Assembly (NCBI GenBank): GCA_963737635.1
Contig: CAVTTL010000001.1
Location: 44,999 to 108,998 of the forward strand
Source: an uncultured Methanoregulaceae archaeon
GTDB taxonomy: Archaea; Halobacteriota; Methanomicrobia; Methanomicrobiales; Methanospirillaceae
DNA: 64,000 nt
Direction: 5' to 3'
Shown in pieces: positions 10,246-19,655 of the stretch (position 1 is the stretch's first letter; each line of letters starts with the position of its first letter). The translations under genes and the position numbers were made by a program. Below the pieces are notes generated by a model. It made no database searches and had not been told where the DNA came from. It saw only the letters and a list, made by a program, of their open reading frames with translations.

Positions 10246-11946
10246 ATGAATATTTTCAATCATATTCGGGCTGATTCTATGGGCGAAGACCGGCACAACA
10301 TGGAAGATTACGAGCAGACAAAGGCGACGTTTAGCATCGAAGTTCCCGAGTACTACAACTTCGGCTTTGACGTCATCGATGCCTGGGCAAAAAAGGACCG
10401 GAACAAGCTTGCCATGATCTGGGCAAACCAGAACGGCGAGGAGAAGAAGTTCAGTTTCCTCGACATGTCCAACCTCTCCAACCAGGCAGCGAACGTTCTG
10501 TTGAAATACGGGATCAACAAGGGCGACCGCGTCTTCCTTATGCTCCCCCGGATCCCGGAGTGGTGGATCTTTGTGATCGCGCTTATCAAGCTCGGCGCTG
10601 TCTACTGCCCGGCCCCGACCATGCTCACCCCCCGGGACATCAAATACCGGATCAACAAAGGTAAATTCCGGATGGTCATTACCGATCTGGAAAATGCGGG
10701 CAAGATTGAGGAGATCTGCAACGAATGCCCGACACTCTCCTGCCGGTTTGTCGTGGATGCAGAGATCAAAGGCTGGGCAAGCTGGCCCTACGAGCTGCTG
10801 TACCCGGCTCCGGTCTCCCACCATTCTGTCAGTATTCCCGACGAACGGCGCACGAAAAGTACCGATCCGATGCTGATTTATTTCACCTCCGGTACCGTGG
10901 GGGAGCCAAAGATGGTGCTCCACAACCACGACCACCCGCTCGGCCAGATCGTCACCGCCCGGTTCTGGCAGGACATCAGGCACAACGACCTGCACTTTAC
11001 CGTCACCGATACCGGCTGGGCAAAATGCGGATGGGGAAAAATCTTCGGCCAGTGGATCGAAGGGGCCTGCCTCTTTGTCTATAACTTCACCGGGAAGTTC
11101 AACGCAACCGAGCTCCTCCCGCTCCTTGAGAAGTACCAGATCACCACGTTTTGCTGCCCGCCCACGATCTACCGGATGCTGATCCTCGCGGATCTCGATA
11201 AGTTCGATTTCTCATCATTACGCCACTGCACCAGTGCCGGCGAACCTCTCAATCCTGAAGTGATCCGGGTCTGGAAAGAAGGCACCGGCCTTGCCATCCG
11301 GGAAGGGTACGGCCAGAGCGAGACCTGCTGCTGTGTCGCCGAATTCCCGTGCCTCGAGCTCCGGCCCGGTTCCATGGGGAAACCCTCGCCGGGCTGGAAT
11401 GTGGCGATCCATGATGACGAGGGCCGGCCGGTCGGTGTCCGGGAAGAGGGCAGGATCGCGATCTCCGTTACTCCTCCGCCACCCGGTCTCTTTGTGGAGT
11501 ACCTGGATAACCCCGACGAGAACAAAAAATCGTTTGTCAAGGGCTGGTATTACACGGGAGACAAGGCGTACAAGGACGAAGACGGGTTCTACTGGTTCGT
11601 GGGCCGGGACGATGATGTGATAAAATCGTCCGGTTACCGGATCGGGCCGTTCGAGGTCGAGAGTGCGTTAATCGAGCACCCGGCCGTCAGGGAGGCTGCG
11701 GTCGTGGGTGCACCGGACCGGCTCCGGGGATTGATCGTGAAGGCGTTCGTTGTCCTCAACGAAGGGTACGAGCCCTCGGAGATGCTTGTCCGGGAGATCA
11801 AGACCTACGTGAAACGCACTACCGCACCCTACAAGTACCCCCGGGCCATCGAATTTGTCGACGATCTTCCCAAAACCCATTCCGGCAAGATCCGGCGCGC
11901 TGAGCTGCGCGAACGGGAACTCCGGAAATACCGGGAACTCAAGTAA
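10246..11946 (+). CDS. Medium-chain-type acyl-CoA synthetase (AMP-forming), copy 1
   Basis: [49 protein letters not shown] and PKTHSGKIRR motifs. Exact start uncertain. Confidence 0.92.
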   Translation: MNIFNHIRADSMGEDRHNMEDYEQTKATFSIEVPEYYNFGFDVIDAWAKKDRNKLAMIWANQNGEEKKFSFLDMSNLSNQAANVLLKYGINKGDRVFLMLPRIPEWWIFVIALIKLGAVYCPAPTMLTPRDIKYRINKGKFRMVITDLENAGKIEEICNECPTLSCRFVVDAEIKGWASWPYELLYPAPVSHHSVSIPDERRTKSTDPMLIYFTSGTVGEPKMVLHNHDHPLGQIVTARFWQDIRHNDLHFTVTDTGWAKCGWGKIFGQWIEGACLFVYNFTGKFNATELLPLLEKYQITTFCCPPTIYRMLILADLDKFDFSSLRHCTSAGEPLNPEVIRVWKEGTGLAIREGYGQSETCCCVAEFPCLELRPGSMGKPSPGWNVAIHDDEGRPVGVREEGRIAISVTPPPPGLFVEYLDNPDENKKSFVKGWYYTGDKAYKDEDGFYWFVGRDDDVIKSSGYRIGPFEVESALIEHPAVREAAVVGAPDRLRGLIVKAFVVLNEGYEPSEMLVREIKTYVKRTTAPYKYPRAIEFVDDLPKTHSGKIRRAELRERELRKYRELK

Positions 11947-12030
11947 CCCGAACTATCATCACCTTTATTTTTAGAAATTCCGCCGCTTTGTCCATATCCG
12001 GGCACCAAAAAAACATGAGCCCGGATATTT

Positions 12031-12071
12031 CTGGTGCACAAAAAAAGCAAAATCCTGATAAAGTGCACCAG
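12031..12071. promoter_or_regulatory. Perfect 9-bp inverted repeat CTGGTGCAC-N23-GTGCACCAG over the promoter of the RHH-ACS gene
   Basis: Arms at 12031-12039 and 12063-12071, ending 13 nt before ATG 12085. A related GGCACCA lies at 12001-12007. Confidence 0.6.
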
Positions 12072-12084
12072 CGAACCAACAAGT

Positions 12085-13915
12085 ATGGTGCGGTATTCAG
12101 TTTCCATGGACGATACGCTCACAGATAGTATCGATAAGGCCTGCGAACAACGGAAGATTTCGCGTTCCGACTGGATCGCAGAGGCCTGCAGCGGTCACCT
12201 GGCTAGTGCATCAACTCTTACCTGTACCCTTCCTCAACCAGGGTCAACCGGGCCGAATATGAACGATTACGATACCACCTACCGGGACTTCCGGATCGAT
12301 GTTCCGGAGTACTTTAACTTCGGCTTTGACGTGATCGACGCCTGGGCAAAGAAAGACCGGAACAAGCTTGCCATGATCTGGACGAACCAGAAGGGCGCCG
12401 AGAAGAAATTCACCTTCTGGGACCTGATGCGGCTTTCCAACCAGGTTGTGAACATGCTCATCAAGTACGGTGTGAGCAAGGGTGACCGGGTCCTTATCAT
12501 GCTGCCCCGGGTACCGGAGTGGTGGATCGCTACTATTGCTCTCATCAAGCGCGGCGCGGTCTATTGTCCCGCCCCGACCATGCTCACCGAACACGACCTG
12601 AAGTACCGGATCAATGCCGCAGAGATCAAGATGGTCATCACCTCCGAAGAGCATGCTGACAAGATCGATGCCATTGCCGGAGAATGCCCGTCCCTGAGCT
12701 GCCGCTTCCTTGTCGATGGTAAACGCGAAGGGTGGATCAGTTACCCGGTCGAACTCGATTACCCGGCGCCGGTCTCGGCAAAACTGGTCAACCTCCCCGG
12801 CATGAAAAAGACCAAAGCCACCGATCCGATGCTCATCTTCTTTACTTCCGGAACCACCGGGGAGGCAAAGATGGTGCTGCACAGCCAGAGCTACGCGCTC
12901 GGCCATATCGTGACCTCCCGGTTCTGGCACGACATCCGCCAAAACGACCTCCACTTCACGTTCTCTGACACCGGCTGGGGAAAGAGCGCATGGGGGAAAC
13001 TGTACGGCCCCTGGCTTGAGGGAGCTGCCATCTTTGTCTACGATATCCGGGGCCGGTTCAACGCGACCGAACTCCTGCCGCTGATCGAACATTATGGCAT
13101 ATCGACGTTCTGCTGCCCGCCCACGATCTACCGGATGCTGATCCTTGCCGATCTTGACAAGTTTGACTTTACCGAGCTCAGGCACTGCGTTAGTGCGGGT
13201 GAGCCGCTCAACCCCGAGGTCATCAAGGCCTGGAAGGATACGACCGGCCTGACTATCTACGAAGGCTACGGCCAGACCGAGACCGTGCTCTGCATCGGGA
13301 CGTTCCCCAGCATGGAGGCGCGCTTTGGGTCGATGGGCAAGCCCGCGCCCGGCTGGGTGATTGAGCTCCACGACGAGCGCGGGAACCCGGTAGGCGTTCA
13401 CGAGGAAGGAAGGATTGCGATCAAGGTCGATCCCCGGCCGGTCGGGATGTTCTTAGAATATCTCGATAATCCCGAAGAGAACAAGAAATCGTTTGTGAAC
13501 GGCTGGTATTACACGGGCGACAAGGCATACAAGGATGAGGACGGTTACTACTGGTTCATCGGCCGGGACGATGACGTGATCAAGGCCTCCGGATACCGGA
13601 TCGGGCCGTTTGAGGTAGAGAGCGCTCTTATTGAACATCCCTCTGTACCAGGAGGCAGCTGTCGTCGGTTCTCCGGATGATATCCGGGGGATGATTGTCA
13701 AGGCCTTTGTGATCCTGAAACCCGGGTTTGAGGCCTCGGATGCTCTTGTCCGGGATCTCCAGAGTCATGTGAAAAAAGTGACGGCGCCGTACAAGTATCC
13801 CCGGGCGATTGAGTTCGTTGAATCGTTGCCCAAGACCATTTCTGGCAAGATCCGGAGGATCGAATTGCGTGAGAAGGAACTCAAACGGTATTCAGGCAAC
13901 CAGAACAAGCATTGA
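12085..13915 (+). CDS. Acyl-CoA synthetase copy 2 with N-terminal ribbon-helix-helix domain (apparent +1 frameshift at ~13649)
   Basis: N-terminus [35 protein letters not shown] fits the RHH pattern and runs in frame into a paralog of 10246-11946. Removing one C from GTACCAG restores EHPSVQEAAVVG. Confidence 0.88.
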
Positions 13916-13942
13916 ATGCTGACAGGTCCCTTTTCCCTTATC

Positions 13943-13950
13943 TTTATTAA
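13943..13950 (+). promoter_or_regulatory. TATA box of tRNA-Leu
   Basis: TTTATTAA ending about 25 nt upstream of the tRNA 5' end. Confidence 0.6.
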
Positions 13951-13974
13951 ACCGGGAACATAATCTATACAGGC

Positions 13975-14059
13975 GCGAGGGTAGCCAAGCCAGGTCAACG
14001 GCGCCAGGTTCAGGGCCTGGTCTCGCAGGAGTTCTTGGGTTCGAATCCCATCCCTCGCA
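13975..14059 (+). tRNA. tRNA-Leu(CAG)
   Basis: Acceptor stem GCGAGGG/CCCTCGC, anticodon arm CCAGG-TT-CAG-GG-CCTGG, long variable arm, GTTCGAATC T-loop, discriminator A, no encoded CCA, T-rich tract downstream. Confidence 0.97.
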
Positions 14060-14125
14060 TCTTTTCTAAAAAAGGTCTCTCTTGAAACGGAATTGCATGA
14101 AAAAGTAAATAATCTAAAATCTCCC

Positions 14126-14230
14126 CTACGTAATTTCCCCCTTACTTCGGATCTGCTCCTCAATGAACTTGCGGATCTCCTCTTTTCCAGGAAGTGCTAT
14201 CTGGTATTTCGAGACAGACAACTGGTTCGA
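14126..14230 (-). pseudogene. Probable C-terminal remnant of a YhcG/DUF1016-family gene
   Basis: Translates to SNQLSVSKYQIALPGKEEIRKFIEEQIR, resembling the recalled YhcG C-terminus (NQLFxSKYQLxLPxxEEL). There is no room for the rest of the gene. Confidence 0.45.
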
Positions 14231-14302
14231 TTGCAACGAGCTCTTCAAAATGAGTATTGTTATCGGTACAGCTATACCTGAACAAAAGAAAGTAACAGAT
14301 GC

Positions 14303-14331
14303 TTTATATTGTAAACATCCATACATTTACA
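14303..14331 (+). promoter_or_regulatory. TATA box plus palindromic operator TGTAAA-N10-TTTACA, copy 1
   Basis: TTTATAT at 14303-14309, TGTAAA 14310-14315, TTTACA 14326-14331, ATG at 14333. Confidence 0.75.
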
Positions 14332-14332
14332 C

Positions 14333-14782
14333 ATGTTCTTACCCACGAATGAGAAACAGTTCACGTTCTGGAAGATGCGTCGCAGCGGGATGCAGAATGT
14401 CGCCATTGCAAACGAGCTCGGCCTCACACGACAGGGTGTCTCCCAGGCACTCCGTGCGATGGACGAGAAGATCGATACCTCGCTGCGGGAGATGGCCAAG
14501 GCAAACAGAATCCAGGTTGAGAAGATCGATGTGGAGCGGGGTGTCCTGTTCGGGAAGTCGATTCCGTTCCAGACTAATGCCTATATCTTCGTCTCGGAGA
14601 AGCACGGCATGCAGGTCTGGTACGAGCATGACGGGAATTGCATTTCCTGCGACGAGTTCACCAAATGCATTGAGTTCATCTGGGACTTCGCTGCCGAGCT
14701 TGGGATAAAACTTGAAAAGACCCAGGACCCGACAAAGATGGCAGAGGAACTGCTTGCAAAGATCCGGGAGGATCAGGTATGA
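14333..14782 (+). CDS. HTH transcription regulator with C-terminal HxxxCxxC(x5C) motif
   Basis: HTH-like NVAIANELGLTRQGVSQALR; C-terminal EHDGNCISCDEFTKC. Confidence 0.75.
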   Translation: MFLPTNEKQFTFWKMRRSGMQNVAIANELGLTRQGVSQALRAMDEKIDTSLREMAKANRIQVEKIDVERGVLFGKSIPFQTNAYIFVSEKHGMQVWYEHDGNCISCDEFTKCIEFIWDFAAELGIKLEKTQDPTKMAEELLAKIREDQV

Positions 14783-15870
14783 CCCGCATATCTGAAATTA
14801 CCGAACACTGGTTCGGCCTGTGCCGGAAACCACCGGCAGTACATGCACTGCAGACAGGTATCGGTATCCCGCCGGAATCCGCCTATGAGGGACTCCCGGA
14901 TGGCGGGGGCGGAGGATCGGGAACGATCCGTAGGGGGATCGGCGCAGCCCTCTTGGGGATGAGGACATTGAACCGGAACCGGTAGCTCCTCTGGTTTACG
15001 CTCCTTGCCGGGCTTGTGCTGGCGGGGAACACCCTCGGCCAGGCAGCACTCTACGCCATCGACTGGACCTGGACCACGCAACCTGTCATTGTATGGCATG
15101 TCCTGAACTTTTTAATCGAGTTTGCAACACTGTTCTCTCTGGTGTTCTTACTGGCGGGCCTTGTCTTGGGCGTCTCGTCAAAGAAAAAAGGTTCTGCCTC
15201 GTTTTTCGGTGAGCCTGCAAGGGCAAAAAAATACCTTAAAGCAATCTTCTTGTGGTCTTTTGTTCTGGCACTCGCGGGCATACTGCTCGACATTATGTTC
15301 TATTATGTGCCCGTCTGGTTCCAGCACGAGCTCGGGTTCCTCTATGGCTTTGGGCATTTGGATTCTTTCCTTACCGGCATGTTCCTCCAGTTCCCCTTCA
15401 ACCTGACGCTCTATCCGATGAAAACCATTGGCGATCCGGTGGTCGGGCTGGCATGGATATATCCCTATGGGTTCATGCAGGCCCTGATCTTCTTGGCGAT
15501 CAACCTGCTCCTGCTTATCCTGACCCCGTTTGTCGTGCCCTCTATCGTTCTCGAGCAAAAGACCCTCAGGGAGGCAGTCGCGGGATCGTTTGCCATGATG
15601 AAAAAAACCTGGGCTGAGGTAGCCGCCTGCGCCGTCTTCCTTGGCGTTGTCGCATTCGGTGTGTTCCTGACGTATTATCTCGTCCAGGCAGCACACGGGA
15701 TGCTCACTCCACCCGTGTTTGTCTACTCGCGTCCCACCGACATGTGGTTTGCTCTTGGCGTCCTCTATGATCTCGCACTGTTTGGCGTTGCATTTGTGGT
15801 GGCAACAGTCGGAGGCATCGCAGTGCTTGACCTCTACAGGAATGCGAAGATCCGGGAGAGTGCGGCATGA
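14779..15870 (+). CDS. Polytopic membrane protein with N-terminal WxGLC motif, copy 1 (in-frame TAG at 14983)
   Basis: ORFs 14779-14985 and 15016-15870 share a frame, separated only by TAG where the paralog has Gln (NRNR*LLWF vs IHNPQLLWF). ATGA coupling to the regulator. Confidence 0.75.
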
Positions 15871-17275
15871 CTCTCCTCTCAACGGTTTCAGACTATTGGC
15901 TCGGCCTGTGCCGGAGACCACCAGCAGTACATGCCCTCCAGACAGGTATTGGTATCCCGGAACCAGTCCATGAGGGCAGCCCGGATGGTGGGGGCGGCGG
16001 ACCGGGAACGATCCGACGGGGAACCGGGGCCGCCCTTTCAGGAATGAAAACCCTTATCCATAACCCGCAACTCCTCTGGTTCTCGCTCCTGGCCGGACTT
16101 GTGCTGGCCATACATTCCATCGCCCAGTGCTGGCTCATCGTATTCCCCTCATCATCAGAGTGGCGGTTTTTCTTTGACCCCGACTCTGTCCGTTTACTCC
16201 CATCACTTGCCCTCACTTTTGTGGCCGGGCTCGTGACGGTGTTCTGCCTGGGGTTCTTACTGGCGGGCCTTGCCTTAAGCATCTCATCAAAGAAAGACCG
16301 TCCTGTCTCATTCTTCCAGGGACTCAACACGGCAAAAAAATACCTGACACCTCTTACCGGGGGGTCCGTGGTTGTGGCACTCGCAGGGATCCAGCTCTTC
16401 GTTCATCCCTTCATCGTCCAAGGGGCGCTCTTCGTTCGCAACCCCCGGTGGCTGCTCTTCATCGATCCCTACTATGCCGGTTTACTCACATCGCTTGTCC
16501 TGACATTTGTGATCGAGCTCCTGACGGTGTTCTGCCAGGTATTCTTACTGGCGGCCCTTATCCTGAGCATTTCTTCAAAGGAAAGCGGTCCGGTCCCAGT
16601 CTTCCAAGGGCTTAACAAGGCAAAAAAATATTTGAAGCCTCTTACCGGGTGGTCCGTGGTTGTGGCACTCGCCGGCAGTCTGCTCTTCATCGCTGGCGAA
16701 TATTCTTATCTGATGAGCTCGGTCATCTGGCAATCCCTGATCAATGTGCTCAACCAGTTCCCCTTCACCTTTATCCTGAACTACCTTCTCCCGCGGCCCC
16801 CTTCATCGCCCTCCTGCCACCAAACCTGTGGTGGGGATTTAGCAGTGCACTCGTGGATACCCTGATCCTTTCAGCAATCAACGTACTCCTGTTCGCCTTG
16901 ACCTTGTTTGTAGTACCCCTGCTCGTGCTTGGGAGGAAGAGCCTGAAGGAGGCGGTTTTGGGATCATTTACCCTGATGAAGAAGATCTGGGGTGAAGTGG
17001 CAGCCTGCATTCTCGGCCTTGGAATGGTAGTATTTGTTGCCTCGCTCATGTTCCTGCTCTTCCCGTTTTCCGGGGTTGATCATATGTGGCGGGATGCCGG
17101 CCAACTGTACACTTCGTACACACCCCCCGGTGTTGAGTGGATCGCTCTCGGCTTCCTGTATGTACTTGCCCTGTCCAGCCTTGTGCTAGTCGTGGCAACA
17201 GTCGGGGGAATTGCAACACTGGATCTCTACACATTTGCAAAGACGGGGCAAATGTCCGGACCCGCTGAAACGTAA
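15867..17275 (+). CDS. Polytopic membrane protein paralog, copy 2, with internal duplication (apparent frameshift at ~16793)
   Basis: N-terminus nearly identical to copy 1. The block LTFV..LxTVFC..FLLAxLxLSISSK...FQGLNxAKKYLxPLTGxSVVVALAG occurs twice. One added base restores LLPAAPFIALLPP. Confidence 0.75.
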
Positions 17276-17405
17276 AACTCCCCGCATACCTATTTTTTAC
17301 CCCTGAACGCCGATTCTGCAGACATGCGATCCAGATAGCAAATATCTGCAAACCATTCAGTTCCGGTGAGTGGGTTACCAGATAAAAAAATAAATGGAGG
17401 ATAAC

Positions 17406-17435
17406 TTTTATATTGTAAATATGCATACATTTACA
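17406..17435 (+). promoter_or_regulatory. TATA box plus palindromic operator TGTAAA-N10-TTTACA, copy 2
   Basis: TTTTATAT 17406-17413, TGTAAA 17414-17419, TTTACA 17430-17435, ATG at 17437; same geometry as copy 1. Confidence 0.75.
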
Positions 17436-17436
17436 T

Positions 17437-18483
17437 ATGTCCATACAAACCAGCCACAACCCGTCCGGGTTCTGTATATTGATCCTGCTGCTTATCATAT
17501 CAGGTGCAGCAGTACTGTTGATATCTCCCGTATCAGCAGATCCACCATTTGTAACTATTGTCGCGAGAGGGGGTCAGTCTTTTTATCTCGGGGAAGAAGT
17601 AGTTTTTTCCGGTGTGAATAACGATTCAAATTCCACGTACCTCTTTATAACCGGACCCAACCTTCCGGATAATGGAGGAAAACTAACATCACCATCTCAA
17701 AAAGCGGTCAGCGGAGATCCTGGCTCATTCACTGTCGTAAAAACAAATCCGGATAATACGTGGGACTATCCCTGGTACACATCCGGTCTCAGGCTGGATG
17801 CCGGATCGTATACCCTTTATGCGGTGAGCGAGCCAAAAACAGAAGACCAGTTGGCAGGGGCACCATATGGTACGACCAGCATAATAATCAAAGCACCCTA
17901 CATAACCGCAAATATCTCTTCTTTGCATGTTGTAAAGGGGCAGCCATTTACGGTCACCGGCATTGCGGAAGGAAATCCCCCGGCAATCCAGATATGGATT
18001 TTCGGAGATAACTACGCGTTTAATACCACAACCCCGGTAAATCCTGATGCATCATTTACTTTTACTGGCGATACGCAACTATCAGGAAAACTTCCCGAAG
18101 GGCAAAATTATCTCATCGTGCAGCACCCGATGGCAGATAACCAGTTCGACATCGTTGTCAGCGGTGATTATGTCCGCGACCTGAAACTGAACAACGGTAC
18201 GAACCTCTTCAAGCTCACCGGCCCGGGAAGCCTGCAGGGCAGCGATGCAGCAGACGCACTCACCACCGCGTTTCATGACCGCATGGCCAATGATGACACC
18301 TTAACCAATGACACGTTTACCATAGTCCCGTTCCATGTCGCTGATGTAGGAAGTCCGATGCCCCAGGCAACAGCTGCTACAACCGCTCCGGTCCAGGGAA
18401 CAACCCAGCACGCCCCGCTCCAGTACGCCCTGCTCGGGGCAATCGTCGTGGCAGCGGGAATTGTAATCTGGAAGAGGCATTAA
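17437..18483 (+). CDS. Secreted S-layer-like module protein with C-terminal APL-TM-basic anchor
   Basis: Signal peptide; FYLGEEVVFSG...TYLFITGPNLP motif recalled from Methanomicrobiales surface proteins; tail TTQHAPLQYALLGAIVVAAGIVIWKRH. Confidence 0.7.
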   Translation: MSIQTSHNPSGFCILILLLIISGAAVLLISPVSADPPFVTIVARGGQSFYLGEEVVFSGVNNDSNSTYLFITGPNLPDNGGKLTSPSQKAVSGDPGSFTVVKTNPDNTWDYPWYTSGLRLDAGSYTLYAVSEPKTEDQLAGAPYGTTSIIIKAPYITANISSLHVVKGQPFTVTGIAEGNPPAIQIWIFGDNYAFNTTTPVNPDASFTFTGDTQLSGKLPEGQNYLIVQHPMADNQFDIVVSGDYVRDLKLNNGTNLFKLTGPGSLQGSDAADALTTAFHDRMANDDTLTNDTFTIVPFHVADVGSPMPQATAATTAPVQGTTQHAPLQYALLGAIVVAAGIVIWKRH

Positions 18484-18705
18484 GATCATTTTTGAACGGA
18501 TGACGCTGTCATCCTTTTTTTTATACATGTCACGCAGGCCGCGGACCTGCCGGTATCCGAAAAAACGATACGATGACATCAGTTCATAGGCTGAAGCATT
18601 CGCTCTTTAATGTTATATTATAAGATGACCGATTCGGTTTTCCTTTTATTTACATAAAAACGACGTTAGTACTCAAAAAATGTGATCAGTTTCCTTTAAT
18701 TCCTA

Positions 18706-19642
18706 TTAAAGGAACGAGGCATGCCAGACGACAGACTCCAGTTTGTGCATCGATGCCAACAACACCCCCCTCATCAAATCCGTTTTTGTCTGTTCGGGTT
18801 AAGGAAAAATTCCATGTCAGATACTGTTTATCACGAGAAATTAATCCACCGGACATCAATTCGCTCTGCTGAACATCTGAAATTCCTGTACTTTCAAAGT
18901 ACAACACAGCGGACATCCTTGCCAGGTCTTCTGGTATGGTTGCTGTTACGTTCGGAAGGGTTTCAGAGGGTTCATACTGCTCATAATATTGCGTTACATG
19001 CCCGGTATAAGGGCTGATTTCGATAGTAACTGAATTCAAACCGGGTATTTCTGCCTGCGGAACCGTTTCGTTATCGGGATTGTAGAAAACTTCCTGCCAT
19101 GTATATACAAAAACCTCATCGTCTCCTCGGGTATCTGTTTTTTGTATTTGCTTTATTCCCCGTTCCTCGGTCACATTCCATAGTTCCGGATATTTCTCTT
19201 TTGCATAAGGTTCCGCGATTTTTAATCCCTGATCGAGATCGATTATCTCTTTCTGGTTCTGGTATCCACCCTCATACCGTAAAGCAGCCTGAACCCTTCC
19301 GGTGAGATCGTTTACCCAAAATGAGGAATTCCCGGATTTAAACTCATAAACATCGGCGAACGATTCATTAATAACGCTTGTGAATGTCAGGTTTTGATCA
19401 GTAATATTTGTAAATTTTCGGATTATCTCTTCGGATTTTGTAATGATTGGATAATCGAGATTATTTCCCTGAACAGAAGGAACTGTGGTAGAGACGATGG
19501 GTGGAATTGAGGATAATGTTACAACCGTGGTATTCGTTTGATTTTCATTAATAATTTGATGATCGCCCATACACCCGGTAATAAAAACGAATAAAATGCC
19601 TATTAGTAATACCAAAAAAAATTGTTTTCGAATCAGAAACAT
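18706..19642 (-). CDS. Lipoprotein paralogous to the C-terminal (PepSY-like) region of the upstream protein (apparent frameshift at ~18735)
   Basis: Lipobox FITGC. Shares IIDLDxGxxIAExYAKEKYPELWNV and TWxFxL...GxVGIDA with 19656-22376. Removing one base (AG[T]CT on the coding strand) restores GAVVWHASFL*, matching GEVVWHASIT*. Confidence 0.7.
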
Positions 19643-19655
19643 TTTTTTATCATCT

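Noticed and set aside
10246-13915. The two acyl-CoA synthetases as an assembly duplication
   Set aside because: They differ throughout at protein and synonymous sites, so they are true paralogs.
14983-14985. In-frame TAG as pyrrolysine read-through
   Set aside because: The paralog has Gln here (one C>T change), the codon lies between CCGG and AGCT error motifs, no pyl genes are in view, and Pyl is not expected in Methanomicrobiales.
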